Source: a virus (Duplodnaviria > Caudoviricetes). Taken from it: a stretch of 64,000 nt of DNA. Made by a program: the position numbers and the translations under genes. Positions 38,463 through 47,890 of this stretch are shown here, piece after piece; position 1 is the stretch's first letter, and every line of letters begins with the position of its first letter. The DNA lies in the IMG/VR virus record IMGVR_UViG_3300036987_000310, positions 288,001 through 352,000 of that record. One strand, 5' to 3'. The notes under the pieces are model-generated. The model ran no database searches, was not told where the DNA came from, and saw only the letters and a list, made by a program, of their open reading frames with translations.

Positions 38463-39680
38463 ATGCGTCAGCGAACAACTTGGAAGCAGACACCACGCAG
38501 CGCTTCAACTGAGCGTCGTGCCGACGATCTCTACACGATGAACCGTGATGGTGGAAACCCCCAGCCAGCGGTTGATGAGTACGAGAGCGGAGACCCGTCG
38601 ACTTGGGCTGAAGACGTAAACTCCGGTTCGTCTGTGGAAAAGGAGTACGCAGGCGGTGCCGTGAAACGCAATGAAATTGGATTCCCTGAATTCAGGGAGG
38701 ACACTTTCAATCATGCCGGCACTCGTCCATGGGGAAAGGGCGGCCAATACGACAACGCAAGGCTTGCCGCTCAGCGAAAAGCTGTTGCATGTGAACGTGT
38801 TGCGCGCGCTATCCTTCGTACGGATGACGTAAAACTGATTGAAGCAACGACGATGGATCTCATGAGTCTTCCTGCAAAGGCTCTTGTTGCCACCATCAAG
38901 CGCATGGATCAAATCTCCCCCTCCTCTTTGTCGGAAAACAGCCGTTATCGTCGTGCTTTGGCCTGCACGAAGTTGTCGGCTCTCCTTCTCACCGAGGAAG
39001 CTGAAGAAGAGGCGATTGAGCGTCTTGCAACGCTTTTCAACAGCATTGACGATTCTACGCTCAAGGGAATTCTGAGTGTGGTCGCAACTTCTCGCGTTTC
39101 CGGTGAGAGCAGCTCTGAAGAGGACGAGTCCGTCGAGAACAAAGACGAGACTGACGAGACTGAAGAGCCTAAAGAGACAACTGCTGCTGAAAAAAGCTCT
39201 GCAGAAGAGCAAAAAGAGCAGGGCGAAGAAGAGAATGAAGAGGAAGGTGTTTTGACCGATGCCGACCTCGACAAGCTCAAGGAAATGATGGAAAACGTCG
39301 TGGAAACTGCTGAAGCTGCTGAAGCCGAAGTTGAAGCACAAGGCGGAGACGTCGACGATCTTCAGCAACTTTTCGAGGGTGAGGACGAAGAAGCTGGACA
39401 GGCCCCAGCTGGACAAACTTCCAATTCCCCGGTCGACATCACTTTCGACGAAGGTGAAGAGGAGACAGCTGGAACGGTGTCCATGGCGTCGGATCTCGAT
39501 GGCTTGTTTGACACCGATGAAAACGTTGCCCAGCGTGAGCTGCGAGCTGCTCAAGCTAGCAACTTCAACCAGCGAACTGCTTCGAGCAAAGGTGCAAAAA
39601 AGCTTGGTCAAGTCAGAGCTGCGAAATCCGCATCTGTTGATGAAAACCTAGAAGCTTTGTGGGATCGCCCAGCGCAGTGA
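38463..39680 (+). CDS. Putative capsid scaffolding protein
   Basis: Highly acidic and helical; lies between protease and decoration/MCP genes. Confidence 0.55.
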   Translation: MRQRTTWKQTPRSASTERRADDLYTMNRDGGNPQPAVDEYESGDPSTWAEDVNSGSSVEKEYAGGAVKRNEIGFPEFREDTFNHAGTRPWGKGGQYDNARLAAQRKAVACERVARAILRTDDVKLIEATTMDLMSLPAKALVATIKRMDQISPSSLSENSRYRRALACTKLSALLLTEEAEEEAIERLATLFNSIDDSTLKGILSVVATSRVSGESSSEEDESVENKDETDETEEPKETTAAEKSSAEEQKEQGEEENEEEGVLTDADLDKLKEMMENVVETAEAAEAEVEAQGGDVDDLQQLFEGEDEEAGQAPAGQTSNSPVDITFDEGEEETAGTVSMASDLDGLFDTDENVAQRELRAAQASNFNQRTASSKGAKKLGQVRAAKSASVDENLEALWDRPAQ

Positions 39681-39885
39681 AACGCCTGATGACTCGAGGA
39701 ATCTCTTTTAGTCATCAGTTGATACGCATATAGGATACGCAGACAGGCGCAGTAACGGAGATTTGGTCAAAGGAAGAACTGTTTAGGATCTAAAGAGGCG
39801 ACAGTTTCGCGGAAACGGACTGAAGCTACCTCTGAAGTGAATTGCAGAACAACTGGCGATCGGGTTTACGGGAACTGGAGGAAAA

Positions 39886-40551
39886 ATGGGTAGCATCGGT
39901 GGTCTCGCATCAGGCGATTTTCGCCTCAGCCAAGGGGCCCTGCGTATCCTGTATTCCATGCAGAAGGACACCATTCCGGTTCTTGCTGCTGACGGATACA
40001 CGCAGGCAAACCCAAACGTCGTAACGAATGTACTTGCACGGTCAACAACTCTTCCTACGAATGTGAAGTTGGGCGTGATTGGTGGATCCGTTGCGTTCAT
40101 CCGACCCGATTCCGGGTCCAACACGGTTGGCGGCGCTGTTCTTGTGAACGCAGCTTATGTCGTCAACACTCGTCCGGTGGGACTGTTCATCAACGACGCG
40201 CTCGGCAACGCGTTTGAGAACACTCCTGGCGTCGCGTCTGGCAAGGGACCGTTCCTTCGTGGTGGCGCTGTTGGCGTCAAGGTCTATGAGACGCAGCAGC
40301 AGACGACAGCCGGCGGTGGCGCTGTTGGCGATGCGCTAACTGCGTACGCTGCTGGGCAGAAGCTTTACGCTTCGGTCAACGGATACCTCACCAATCGGTG
40401 GCAGGACTCTTATGAGTACCAGTGGATCAACGGAGTCTCCGGCTCCGGAGCCGCTTCTGCCTGCATCGAGCCCGATGTGACCTGCATGGGTCTCATCCTT
40501 TCGCCCCCTGATTCAACAAGCGCCGAGCTCTTCGCCGAGCTCAAGTACTGA
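39886..40551 (+). CDS. Putative head decoration/cement protein
   Basis: G/A/V-rich beta protein directly upstream of MCP; GGAGG SD; high-expression codon bias. Confidence 0.6.
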   Translation: MGSIGGLASGDFRLSQGALRILYSMQKDTIPVLAADGYTQANPNVVTNVLARSTTLPTNVKLGVIGGSVAFIRPDSGSNTVGGAVLVNAAYVVNTRPVGLFINDALGNAFENTPGVASGKGPFLRGGAVGVKVYETQQQTTAGGGAVGDALTAYAAGQKLYASVNGYLTNRWQDSYEYQWINGVSGSGAASACIEPDVTCMGLILSPPDSTSAELFAELKY

Positions 40552-40565
40552 GAGGAGAAGAGATC

Positions 40566-41453
40566 ATGGCATTCGGCGTACAGGTTGTTGACAACACCAT
40601 CAAAGAACAAACCGTCGACAAGTACATTGGTACTTCTGCCGGGCGTAAGCGCCTTGCTTCGTCGATGATCCAGCCTCTGCGTGAGCGCAGAGACTACTCG
40701 TCCGTCGGCCGCAAGACCTTCTTGGTTGAGCAGCTCCCGGATGGCGCACTCCCGATCTATGACAAGGATCCGGACGTGATCGCGTACGTGATTGGCGAAG
40801 AGGGTGAGAGCATCACCGCCGTCGCCAAGCCGCGTCGCGTGATCTTCCCCTTGTTTGAGGTCGCGGCTCTGCCCAAGGCTCCGCTTACGCAAATCAAGGA
40901 GCGTCGCTACGACCTCTTGAAGCGCATGCAGGACCTCGGCAAGGCTCAGATCCAGGCTGCAGAAGACGATCGCGTTTTCTCGATCATGGATGCAATCGCG
41001 ATCAACGGATTCGACTCGCTTCCGGGCGGGACGAACCCCGACATCCCCGTGGTTGCCCCGATTTCCCCAGCTGTCCTCGCGGACGCCTTCTCAGAGATCG
41101 AGCGCCATGACCTCAGGGTTGCTCGCGTTTACATGAACGCGGTCGACTACGCCGACATCAGGAAGTTTGGCCGCGATGTTCTTGACATCGAAAGTCAGGC
41201 GACCTTGTGGAAGACCGGCATGATGGCTACGGGCTGGAACGCCCAGTTCATCGTGTCTCGTCTTGTTCCGGCTGGCGTCGTGTACATCTGCTGCGAGCCC
41301 GAGCAGTTTGGACGCATTCCGGTCCGCACTGAACTGACTGTGCTTTCGGCGGACAACCCGGAAGAGCGCACCATCGGATTCTCGATGTTTGAGAATCTTG
41401 GTATCGGTGCATACAATCCTCGCGGCCTCGTCAGGCTTATCGTACAGCGCTAA
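40566..41453 (+). CDS. Major capsid protein (HK97 fold, 295 aa)
   Basis: RRVIFPLFEVAA.P, KAQIQAAEDDRVF, LADAFSEIERHDLRV..VYMNA.DYADI, IVSRLVPAG, GFSMFENLGIGAYNPRG; GAGGAG SD; TAA TAG double stop. Confidence 0.85.
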   Translation: MAFGVQVVDNTIKEQTVDKYIGTSAGRKRLASSMIQPLRERRDYSSVGRKTFLVEQLPDGALPIYDKDPDVIAYVIGEEGESITAVAKPRRVIFPLFEVAALPKAPLTQIKERRYDLLKRMQDLGKAQIQAAEDDRVFSIMDAIAINGFDSLPGGTNPDIPVVAPISPAVLADAFSEIERHDLRVARVYMNAVDYADIRKFGRDVLDIESQATLWKTGMMATGWNAQFIVSRLVPAGVVYICCEPEQFGRIPVRTELTVLSADNPEERTIGFSMFENLGIGAYNPRGLVRLIVQR

Positions 41454-41470
41454 TAGCTCGCTACGAGTGT

Positions 41471-41506
41471 TGAACCCCCAATCATTTCAATGTGATTGGG
41501 GGTTCA
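41471..41506 (+). terminator. 14-bp perfect hairpin after MCP
   Basis: TGAACCCCCAATCA-N8-TGATTGGGGGTTCA; no canonical U tract. Confidence 0.6.
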
Positions 41507-41543
41507 TGCATGTTTGAGACACATGTTTGAGGTTTGATGTTTG

Positions 41544-41559
41544 AGTGTAAAGTCGCAAT
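41544..41559 (+). promoter_or_regulatory. Putative leaderless promoter (methyltransferase-HNH pair)
   Basis: AGTG TAAAGT CGCAAT ATG. Confidence 0.55.
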
Positions 41560-42735
41560 ATGAGACTTTGCAAAAACTGCGGCCCTCTCCCTTCTGAACA
41601 ATTCGCTACCCGATCTTCAGGTTATACCCCAAATGTTTGCCGCTCTTGCGAACGGCGTATGGCAGCGGCTTATAGAAAGTCGGCATATGCCGATGCCAGT
41701 CAACGTGTCAAAATTCAAAAACAAAATGCTGCATGGCGTTCAAAGAATTTGAACGAGCTGGCAAATAAAGCGAGGGATCGATATCGCACCGCATTGCACC
41801 GCGACGCGGTGCTGCGGAATGTTCCAGATGAATTGAAGAACTGGGCTGAAAAGTTTTCCAACACTAAAGAGATTCTGGATTTCATTAGGAAAGATGGGTT
41901 TTTGCCGGAACCTGAATCTGTGCAGGCCATATTCAAGCGGCTGAAGGACGTTTCTATTCGAGACCCGCTTCCTCAATTGCAAGTTGGCTTGTCGTATCTG
42001 GATAATGTCAACCCTCACAGGTATGACTCCTTCACAGAGGGGAAGCCAAGTTTGAGTCAGGCTTTCAATGACGACGAGTCTATGATTCAGGTTTTGAACT
42101 ACATCCTAAAATCTGGCCGGGAGCCTACCAAGGATCTGGTTCTTCGAAACCTAAAATTCAACGTCATGATGCCGTCTCACTTCTTTCCCAGCGCGGCTGC
42201 AGCGATCGTGAATGAATTTGCCAAGGGAGGGGTGGTTGCCGATCCGTTTCTGGGATGGGGAGGAAGAATTCTCGGATTCATGTGCTCCTCGGCCAAGTTA
42301 TTTGTTGGAACAGATCTCAACGAACTCTCTGTTGCTGGTGCATGTCGCATATCGGAAGATTTTTCCAACGTGTCTTCTGCGAGCGCTACATGCATGCGCG
42401 CCGATTTTTCCGATTTCTTCAGGTCAACGTCAGACCGTTTCGATCTGATTTTGGCGAGCCCTCCGTTCTTTGACTCGGAAAACTACGGCCCTGGCGTGTC
42501 GAGGTCGAGAGGCAGAGATTGGGTCTCCAGTGTGGCCAAACCACTCGTAGACGGAGCCATCAGAACGCTTGTTCCGTCCGGAGTCGTGGCCATCCATGCC
42601 CAAGATAGACCGAAGACTGCCGTCTTGAGCATCGTGCTGGCATGTTTTCTTGGAGCTGGATTTGAAGTTTTCTGTGAGTACAAATATGGGAAAAGGCCAG
42701 GTCAGTCAGTTTTGGTGTTCAGGAGACGTCCGTGA
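41560..42735 (+). CDS. Amino-type (m6A/m4C) DNA methyltransferase with HNH-like N-terminal Zn/helical domain
   Basis: Motif I DPFLGWGGR, motif IV ILASPPFF; N-terminal CxxC..CxxC. Confidence 0.8.
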   Translation: MRLCKNCGPLPSEQFATRSSGYTPNVCRSCERRMAAAYRKSAYADASQRVKIQKQNAAWRSKNLNELANKARDRYRTALHRDAVLRNVPDELKNWAEKFSNTKEILDFIRKDGFLPEPESVQAIFKRLKDVSIRDPLPQLQVGLSYLDNVNPHRYDSFTEGKPSLSQAFNDDESMIQVLNYILKSGREPTKDLVLRNLKFNVMMPSHFFPSAAAAIVNEFAKGGVVADPFLGWGGRILGFMCSSAKLFVGTDLNELSVAGACRISEDFSNVSSASATCMRADFSDFFRSTSDRFDLILASPPFFDSENYGPGVSRSRGRDWVSSVAKPLVDGAIRTLVPSGVVAIHAQDRPKTAVLSIVLACFLGAGFEVFCEYKYGKRPGQSVLVFRRRP

Positions 42736-43286
42736 AAGTTGCGAAGGTCGGAAGATGTTATGTGTGCAAGACTGATGGCTTGGACTTGTGCCAAAACGGA
42801 AAATGCAAAAGCTGCATGTCGGCATATAAGCGCATGTGGTATGAGCACAATAAAGCCACTATTCGCCCGAAGCAGGAGGAGTACAGGAAGGAGAATCTCG
42901 AGAGGCTCAGGAGCGCAGACAAGCTGTGGAGAGAGAACAACCAAGAAAAGGACGCTTTGCGGGTATCCAGCTGGGCGAAAAACCACCCTGATCGCCGTGC
43001 CGAGTCTCAACGCAGACGTCGTGCTCGAAAACTTGGAACACAAATACTCCCTATAACTCTCGCGATGTTGGCTGGAAGGCTCGAAGTTTTTGGAAACAAG
43101 TGCGCATACTGTGGCGGCCCGTTTGAACACTGGGACCATTTTAAACCGCTTGAACTTGGCGGACCTCATATGTTATCCAACATGCGACCATCATGTGCAA
43201 AGTGCAATATTCGGAAAGGACGCATGAGTCATAAATTGTGGATGCGGAAGCTAATGAATAACTGCTCCAATTATGCTAAGGAGTAG
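42732..43286 (+). CDS. HNH endonuclease
   Basis: CAYCG..HWDHFKPLELGG.H..SN..PSCAKCN..KG. Confidence 0.92.
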   Translation: MKVAKVGRCYVCKTDGLDLCQNGKCKSCMSAYKRMWYEHNKATIRPKQEEYRKENLERLRSADKLWRENNQEKDALRVSSWAKNHPDRRAESQRRRRARKLGTQILPITLAMLAGRLEVFGNKCAYCGGPFEHWDHFKPLELGGPHMLSNMRPSCAKCNIRKGRMSHKLWMRKLMNNCSNYAKE

Positions 43287-43378
43287 TGATGCTGAATGGT
43301 TGAGTGATGTGACAACACGCCTGGTAGAGTTCTCCATCCACCCATCTTGGGTGGTGATACACATACGGAGAATTCAAC

Positions 43379-45697
43379 ATGGGCGAAATTTCCCGCAAGA
43401 TCGCAGACAACCTCTATCTCATTGAGCAGGCAGTCCCGAGTAAGACAAAGGCAAAGCCGGCCGTCGTTCCGACGAACCACATCGCCGTAATCGACTGCTC
43501 CGGCAGCATGTCGTACGACTTGCCAAAAATCCGCGAACAGCTCAAGCGCAAGATCCCGAAGCTTCTTGGCGATGAGGACACCCTATCTATCGTCTGGTTT
43601 TCAGGTAGGGGGCAGTTCGGAACTCTCCTCGAGGCGGAGCCTGTTTCGACTCTCGCCGACCTCCAACAGGTTAATCAAGCGATCGACAGATGGCTCAAGC
43701 CGGTGTGCCTTACTGGTTTCAAGGAGCCGATGGAAGAAGTGGCGAGGCTTGTTGAAAGAGTTGGCAAGAAACACCCAGGAGCTTTTGCGCTGTTCTTTCA
43801 GAGCGACGGACACGACAATCAGTGGTCCAGGGCTGAAATCCTGAAAGCAGTTGAGAAGGCCGCTGGGGGGCTGTCTGCTGCCACTTTCGTGGAATACGGA
43901 TATTATGCTGATAGGCCGCTTCTAGCGGCCATGGCTGAGAAGGCCGGAGGCTCCCTGATCTTCTCCGAGGACTTCGACAGGTACGCGCCGCAATTCGAGG
44001 CCGCAATGCAGAAGAAGCCCTCGGGCGGCAAGCGCGTTGAAGTTCCAGTGTCCGGAGACGTCGTTGGAGGTTTTGCATTCGCGATGCAGGACGGGGACTT
44101 GCTAACCTTTGCTGTCGAGGCTGGAAAAGCGCAGGTTCCGGAGGGCGTTTCTAGCGTGTGGCGTTTAGCGCCTGCTCCTATTGGGACTGTGGCGGCGGGC
44201 ATCGGCGATGAAGCTAAAGCCGCTGCTTACGCGGCGATGAGCTTGTTTAGCGTGCGCATGAAGCCAGAAGTCGTGCTTCCCATTTTGAAGGTGCTCGGGG
44301 ATGTGGCCTTCATCGAGCGCTTCGGAGGCCTGTTTGGGAAGCAGAAATACTCCGAATTCATGGAGGAGGCTAAAACTGCCGCGTTCGACGGCAACAAACG
44401 GCTTGTTAAAGGGTATGACCCGTCTCGCGTTCCGGCCGACGACGCTTTTACGGTGCTTGACCTTTTACAACTCCTTGCCTCTGACGACAACAACCGGGTG
44501 CTCATGGAGCATCCCGACTTCAAGTATAGCGCCATCGGCCGCGGCCGAATTGACGCTTCGGACCAGTTGACAGCTGAAGAGCAAGAGGAAATTGAGAAGC
44601 TTACCTCTCAAATTGCGTCTGAAAAGAAGAATGTGAAAAAGATTTCAGAGCTGACTGCAAAAATTGCTGCGATCACTGCAGGAAAACAGCCCGCTCTGAA
44701 GTTCGAGTCGGAACCAGCTCCGCACGGATACGCAATTTCCAACTTGACATACAACGAAGACAGGCCAAACATTTCCATCCTTGTGAAAAAGTCTGGAAAT
44801 GTGGATTTGTCGTCTCGCGTCACAGAAGAACTAGACGGAACGTTCCCCGATAATTTCCCAACGTTCGTTTATCGAAACTACGCCATTGTCAAAGATGGAC
44901 TGGTGAACGTTGGAAAGCTTCCAGTAACTATTTCAGCAGCAACTTACGAAAAGCTGGCTACCGTAGGCGTCCGAGATTGTTCAGGAAGGGAGCCTTCTAA
45001 CACTGATGCCGTGGTTGACATGGTGATAGATGTTGCTGCGCTTCCAGTCATAAATCGGAAGATGGTCAGGTCTGTTTCTGCCAAGGAGTTTTTCTCCACC
45101 AAGTATGAGCTGTCCAAGGCGCGGGCTGCTCAAAAGGTGTTCAACTCTTTCTCCAAAGAGCTTCTGCCGCCGAAAAAAGCAGAAGGGTTTGCAGCCACAT
45201 ATGGTGATGTTGCTGCGGAATGGTTGAAGGAGCAAGGAATTACGGATTATTCCGGCTTCTCTCCTAAGTCTGTTCAGGCTGAATCGACTGACTTTTACAT
45301 GGGGAAAGAACTGAAGGTTTCGTTGAAAGGCCTGTCGAGCCTGCCCTCGTTGAAAGACTTGCGCACGCAAATTGCAAAGGGAAAGCTGAACGTCGGGGGT
45401 CAGCTCATGAAGCCGTCGTTTGACAGGGTTGAGGCCTTCTTGAAGAGCGATGTTTACACTGGAGCTGCTGACCGAGACGGGGTTTTGAAGGCCTGGTTGG
45501 AAGGTGAAACGAAAGCTGCCAAGCTTCAAGCTCGACATTTGATCCACAAAATTGCTCAGACCACTTTCTGCATTGTTGTCGGGCAGTCCTGGTTTTCAGA
45601 GTTTTCCAGTCTGGATGAAAACTCCATGGACATTGACGTTGATGGAAAGACTGTTTCATGCAAGGTTGAAATGAAGGACATCCAGATTAAGATCTGA
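43379..45697 (+). CDS. vWA (MIDAS) domain protein
   Basis: VIDCSGSMS, CLTGF, FQSDG; long C-terminal region of unknown function. Confidence 0.8.
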   Translation: MGEISRKIADNLYLIEQAVPSKTKAKPAVVPTNHIAVIDCSGSMSYDLPKIREQLKRKIPKLLGDEDTLSIVWFSGRGQFGTLLEAEPVSTLADLQQVNQAIDRWLKPVCLTGFKEPMEEVARLVERVGKKHPGAFALFFQSDGHDNQWSRAEILKAVEKAAGGLSAATFVEYGYYADRPLLAAMAEKAGGSLIFSEDFDRYAPQFEAAMQKKPSGGKRVEVPVSGDVVGGFAFAMQDGDLLTFAVEAGKAQVPEGVSSVWRLAPAPIGTVAAGIGDEAKAAAYAAMSLFSVRMKPEVVLPILKVLGDVAFIERFGGLFGKQKYSEFMEEAKTAAFDGNKRLVKGYDPSRVPADDAFTVLDLLQLLASDDNNRVLMEHPDFKYSAIGRGRIDASDQLTAEEQEEIEKLTSQIASEKKNVKKISELTAKIAAITAGKQPALKFESEPAPHGYAISNLTYNEDRPNISILVKKSGNVDLSSRVTEELDGTFPDNFPTFVYRNYAIVKDGLVNVGKLPVTISAATYEKLATVGVRDCSGREPSNTDAVVDMVIDVAALPVINRKMVRSVSAKEFFSTKYELSKARAAQKVFNSFSKELLPPKKAEGFAATYGDVAAEWLKEQGITDYSGFSPKSVQAESTDFYMGKELKVSLKGLSSLPSLKDLRTQIAKGKLNVGGQLMKPSFDRVEAFLKSDVYTGAADRDGVLKAWLEGETKAAKLQARHLIHKIAQTTFCIVVGQSWFSEFSSLDENSMDIDVDGKTVSCKVEMKDIQIKI

Positions 45698-45957
45698 TGA
45701 AGCCCCACAACCTTTACGTTCGTTCGCAAGACGATCCAAAAACGATGCGTTTCGGATACATACTCTCTTGTACCGGATGCAAGTCAAGAGTTTTCACTTG
45801 GCTGAACTTGACGTATCTGAAAACTATAGCGAATGACCGTGACCATTTGAAAGAAAACATGGAAAAGAAGCTTTTCGCAGCCTGGAAGAAAGAGATCCCG
45901 CCAGACTGCGACGAAGCCAGAGCCGTTAATCTGGTTCGCGAAATTCACGGAAGCTAG
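45697..45957 (+). CDS. Small CxxC protein (paralog family)
   Basis: TGATG overlap; SCTGC..PPDCDEARAVNLVREIH. Confidence 0.65.
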   Translation: MKPHNLYVRSQDDPKTMRFGYILSCTGCKSRVFTWLNLTYLKTIANDRDHLKENMEKKLFAAWKKEIPPDCDEARAVNLVREIHGS

Positions 45958-45999
45958 CAAGAGAGTATATGAGCCCGGTTCTTGCCTACATCCAGACCC

Positions 46000-46188
46000 T
46001 CAGTCCTTCCCTCGCTCGGGGATCTTGCACCAGAAGACTGGGCCTAGTCTGGACTCGTACCATGCATAGCGCCAATGGTCCCCACAGAAGGTGACTAGGA
46101 AGACCTCCGAGCCATTGTCCCCGAGGATCAGCTCCTCCTCTGGGGGTAGCTGATCCTCTGTCCTGACCCAAGAGGAGTCTGGCATCAC
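46000..46188 (-). CDS. Small DUF551-like phage protein
   Basis: SWVRTEDQLP..V.FWCKIP pattern; GGAGG SD. Confidence 0.55.
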   Translation of the reverse strand: MMPDSSWVRTEDQLPPEEELILGDNGSEVFLVTFCGDHWRYAWYESRLGPVFWCKIPERGKD

Positions 46189-46319
46189 CCCTCCTTCTTG
46201 CGATTGTTTGGGTTGAAGAAATGAATCTCTCCCCGAACGAGGATGGGGTGCCTCTGCTCCCGGCTGTCCCCTCCGAGCCTGGCCTTATATTGTGCGATCT
46301 GTGTCTCGATGTCTGCCAT
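46185..46319 (-). CDS. Small hypothetical protein (44 aa, not in ORF track)
   Basis: MADIETQIAQYKARLGG..; GGAG upstream; GTGA overlap with next gene. Confidence 0.45.
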   Translation of the reverse strand: MADIETQIAQYKARLGGDSREQRHPILVRGEIHFFNPNNRKKEG

Positions 46320-46580
46320 AAGGTTGGATCTCCGTAAGTCTTCCCCATACTACACCAGGAGGCCTGGGTACCGGAAACTCCCATGCCAGTAGGAGTTCGG
46401 ATCGGCCCGTCTCAAAGTTCATGCTAACCAGGGACGTGGATTTCTCTTTCGGACAGCTTTGGTTCGCCATTATCGGCCCCTGCGGGGCGTCTGGCGATAT
46501 TTTGGCTGAAGTGTAACCTGTGAATGATTGACAAACCTTAAACTAGGTGTTACCATAGACATATGACGCACTTCTTGTAA

Positions 46581-47012
46581 ATGCCCCGTGGTCCTCCGTT
46601 TCGTTGGCGACAGGTTATGGACCTGAACCAACGAAGTGCGGAGGAACACATGAAGACCATTGAAGCCGTCAAAGGCGCCATACGAGACAACGTCGCGGAG
46701 TCCCTAGAAATCCGGAAGCGCATTCACGCTTCTAAGGGCAAAGAAAAATCGAACTTCTGGCAAAACAAGCGCGGGGTTGGGGTAGATACTCGATATCTTC
46801 TTTTGGCGTATGCTTGTTTGCGCGGAAGGTCGTATTCTCAGATTGAGCAAAAGGTTCATCCCGGCAATGAACCCAGTCCGCGCGGGATTGTTGAGACAGT
46901 TTGCCGCTTCTTGCCAAAGGAAGACCCTGAAAGGACCCTTTGGACAAAAGAGCGGGTGAAAGCCTGGCTTGGGATCGTGGACGCTTCCGAGGCCAAAGAG
47001 GAGGCAGCATGA
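46581..47012 (+). CDS. Phage hypothetical protein
   Basis: RYLLLAYACLRGRSYSQIE segment; start uncertain. Confidence 0.7.
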   Translation: MPRGPPFRWRQVMDLNQRSAEEHMKTIEAVKGAIRDNVAESLEIRKRIHASKGKEKSNFWQNKRGVGVDTRYLLLAYACLRGRSYSQIEQKVHPGNEPSPRGIVETVCRFLPKEDPERTLWTKERVKAWLGIVDASEAKEEAA

Positions 47013-47536
47013 CCACGGCAACCATCCAGGACGAGCAGACTGGAGACTACCGCCCCCTGACGGAGGACGAGGTGCGCAAGCTCCAGGAGGATGCCTTCGA
47101 CAATGGGAACACTACGGTGGCCGAGCAGGAGGCAGCCGAAGCAGCCTTCAAAGCCATAGTGGACTCGTACCTTCAGGTTCGTGGCCGCGTTGACCCTGAA
47201 TGGCGTACCGTGCATGTGCCTGAGACAGATTACGAGGATGCCGACTGGGATTTCCTTGGTAGTTGGGTTTCCGTCGAATGGAAAGAGTACGATCGCTGCG
47301 GGGATAGAGAATATCTCCGGCGGGATTTTCCCCTGGAGCATTTGTGGCACCCCAACTGGGAAGAGGTCATCAAGGCTGAGGTCGAAGTCCGCGACGCAGC
47401 GGAAAAGGCTAAACAAGCGGCGTTTCAAGCCAGCCAGGCAGCTAAACAGGAGGCATATGAGCGAAAGCAGCTCGCTGAGCTGCTCAACAAATACGGGGTG
47501 CCCAAGGCCTATCAGGCGAGGCTCGACCATGACTGA
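47009..47536 (+). CDS. Acidic hypothetical protein
   Basis: ATGA overlap, GGAGG SD; MTTATIQDEQ start. Confidence 0.7.
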   Translation: MTTATIQDEQTGDYRPLTEDEVRKLQEDAFDNGNTTVAEQEAAEAAFKAIVDSYLQVRGRVDPEWRTVHVPETDYEDADWDFLGSWVSVEWKEYDRCGDREYLRRDFPLEHLWHPNWEEVIKAEVEVRDAAEKAKQAAFQASQAAKQEAYERKQLAELLNKYGVPKAYQARLDHD

Positions 47537-47855
47537 TAAGCTCTACATCATTATTCGAGCAGATTTGAGACCCGGACAACAAGCGGTGCAAGCTGCCCAC
47601 GCGATGCGTCAGTTTGTCGTGGATCATCCGGACATTGATCGCAAATGGTTCGAACAATCGAACACGCTTGCTTTTCTTTCCGTTCCCGACGAAAAGACGC
47701 TCCGGAAGCTTGCCAACAAAGCTGATGATCGAGATTTGAGGCTTTCGTCATTCAGGGAACCGGATCTTGACAATGCCATGACCGCTCTTGCTCTCGAGCC
47801 CGGCCTTGTCAGCCGAAGGCTCTGCAGAAATCTTCCCCTCGCTCTCGGCGGCTGA
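47529..47855 (+). CDS. Peptidyl-tRNA hydrolase type 2 (PTH2)-like
   Basis: KLYIIIRADL..GQQAVQAAHA, NTLAFL.V, FREPDLDNAMTALAL, NLPL. Confidence 0.85.
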   Translation: MTDKLYIIIRADLRPGQQAVQAAHAMRQFVVDHPDIDRKWFEQSNTLAFLSVPDEKTLRKLANKADDRDLRLSSFREPDLDNAMTALALEPGLVSRRLCRNLPLALGG

Positions 47856-47890
47856 CGCGGAAATCGATCGCTAGCGCGCGTACTCGTCAT

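Noticed and set aside
38505-39611. Long - strand ORFs such as 38505..39611, 58225..59409 and 62909..63865, and + strand 4620..5138
   Set aside because: Antisense shadows of biased real genes; no motifs or start signals.
40566-41453. Encapsulin rather than viral capsid
   Set aside because: It is linked to terminase, portal, protease, scaffold and tail genes.
45986-46384. 132 aa - strand ORF from the track
   Set aside because: Two shorter coupled ORFs with SD sites (46185..46319 and 46000..46188) explain the region better.
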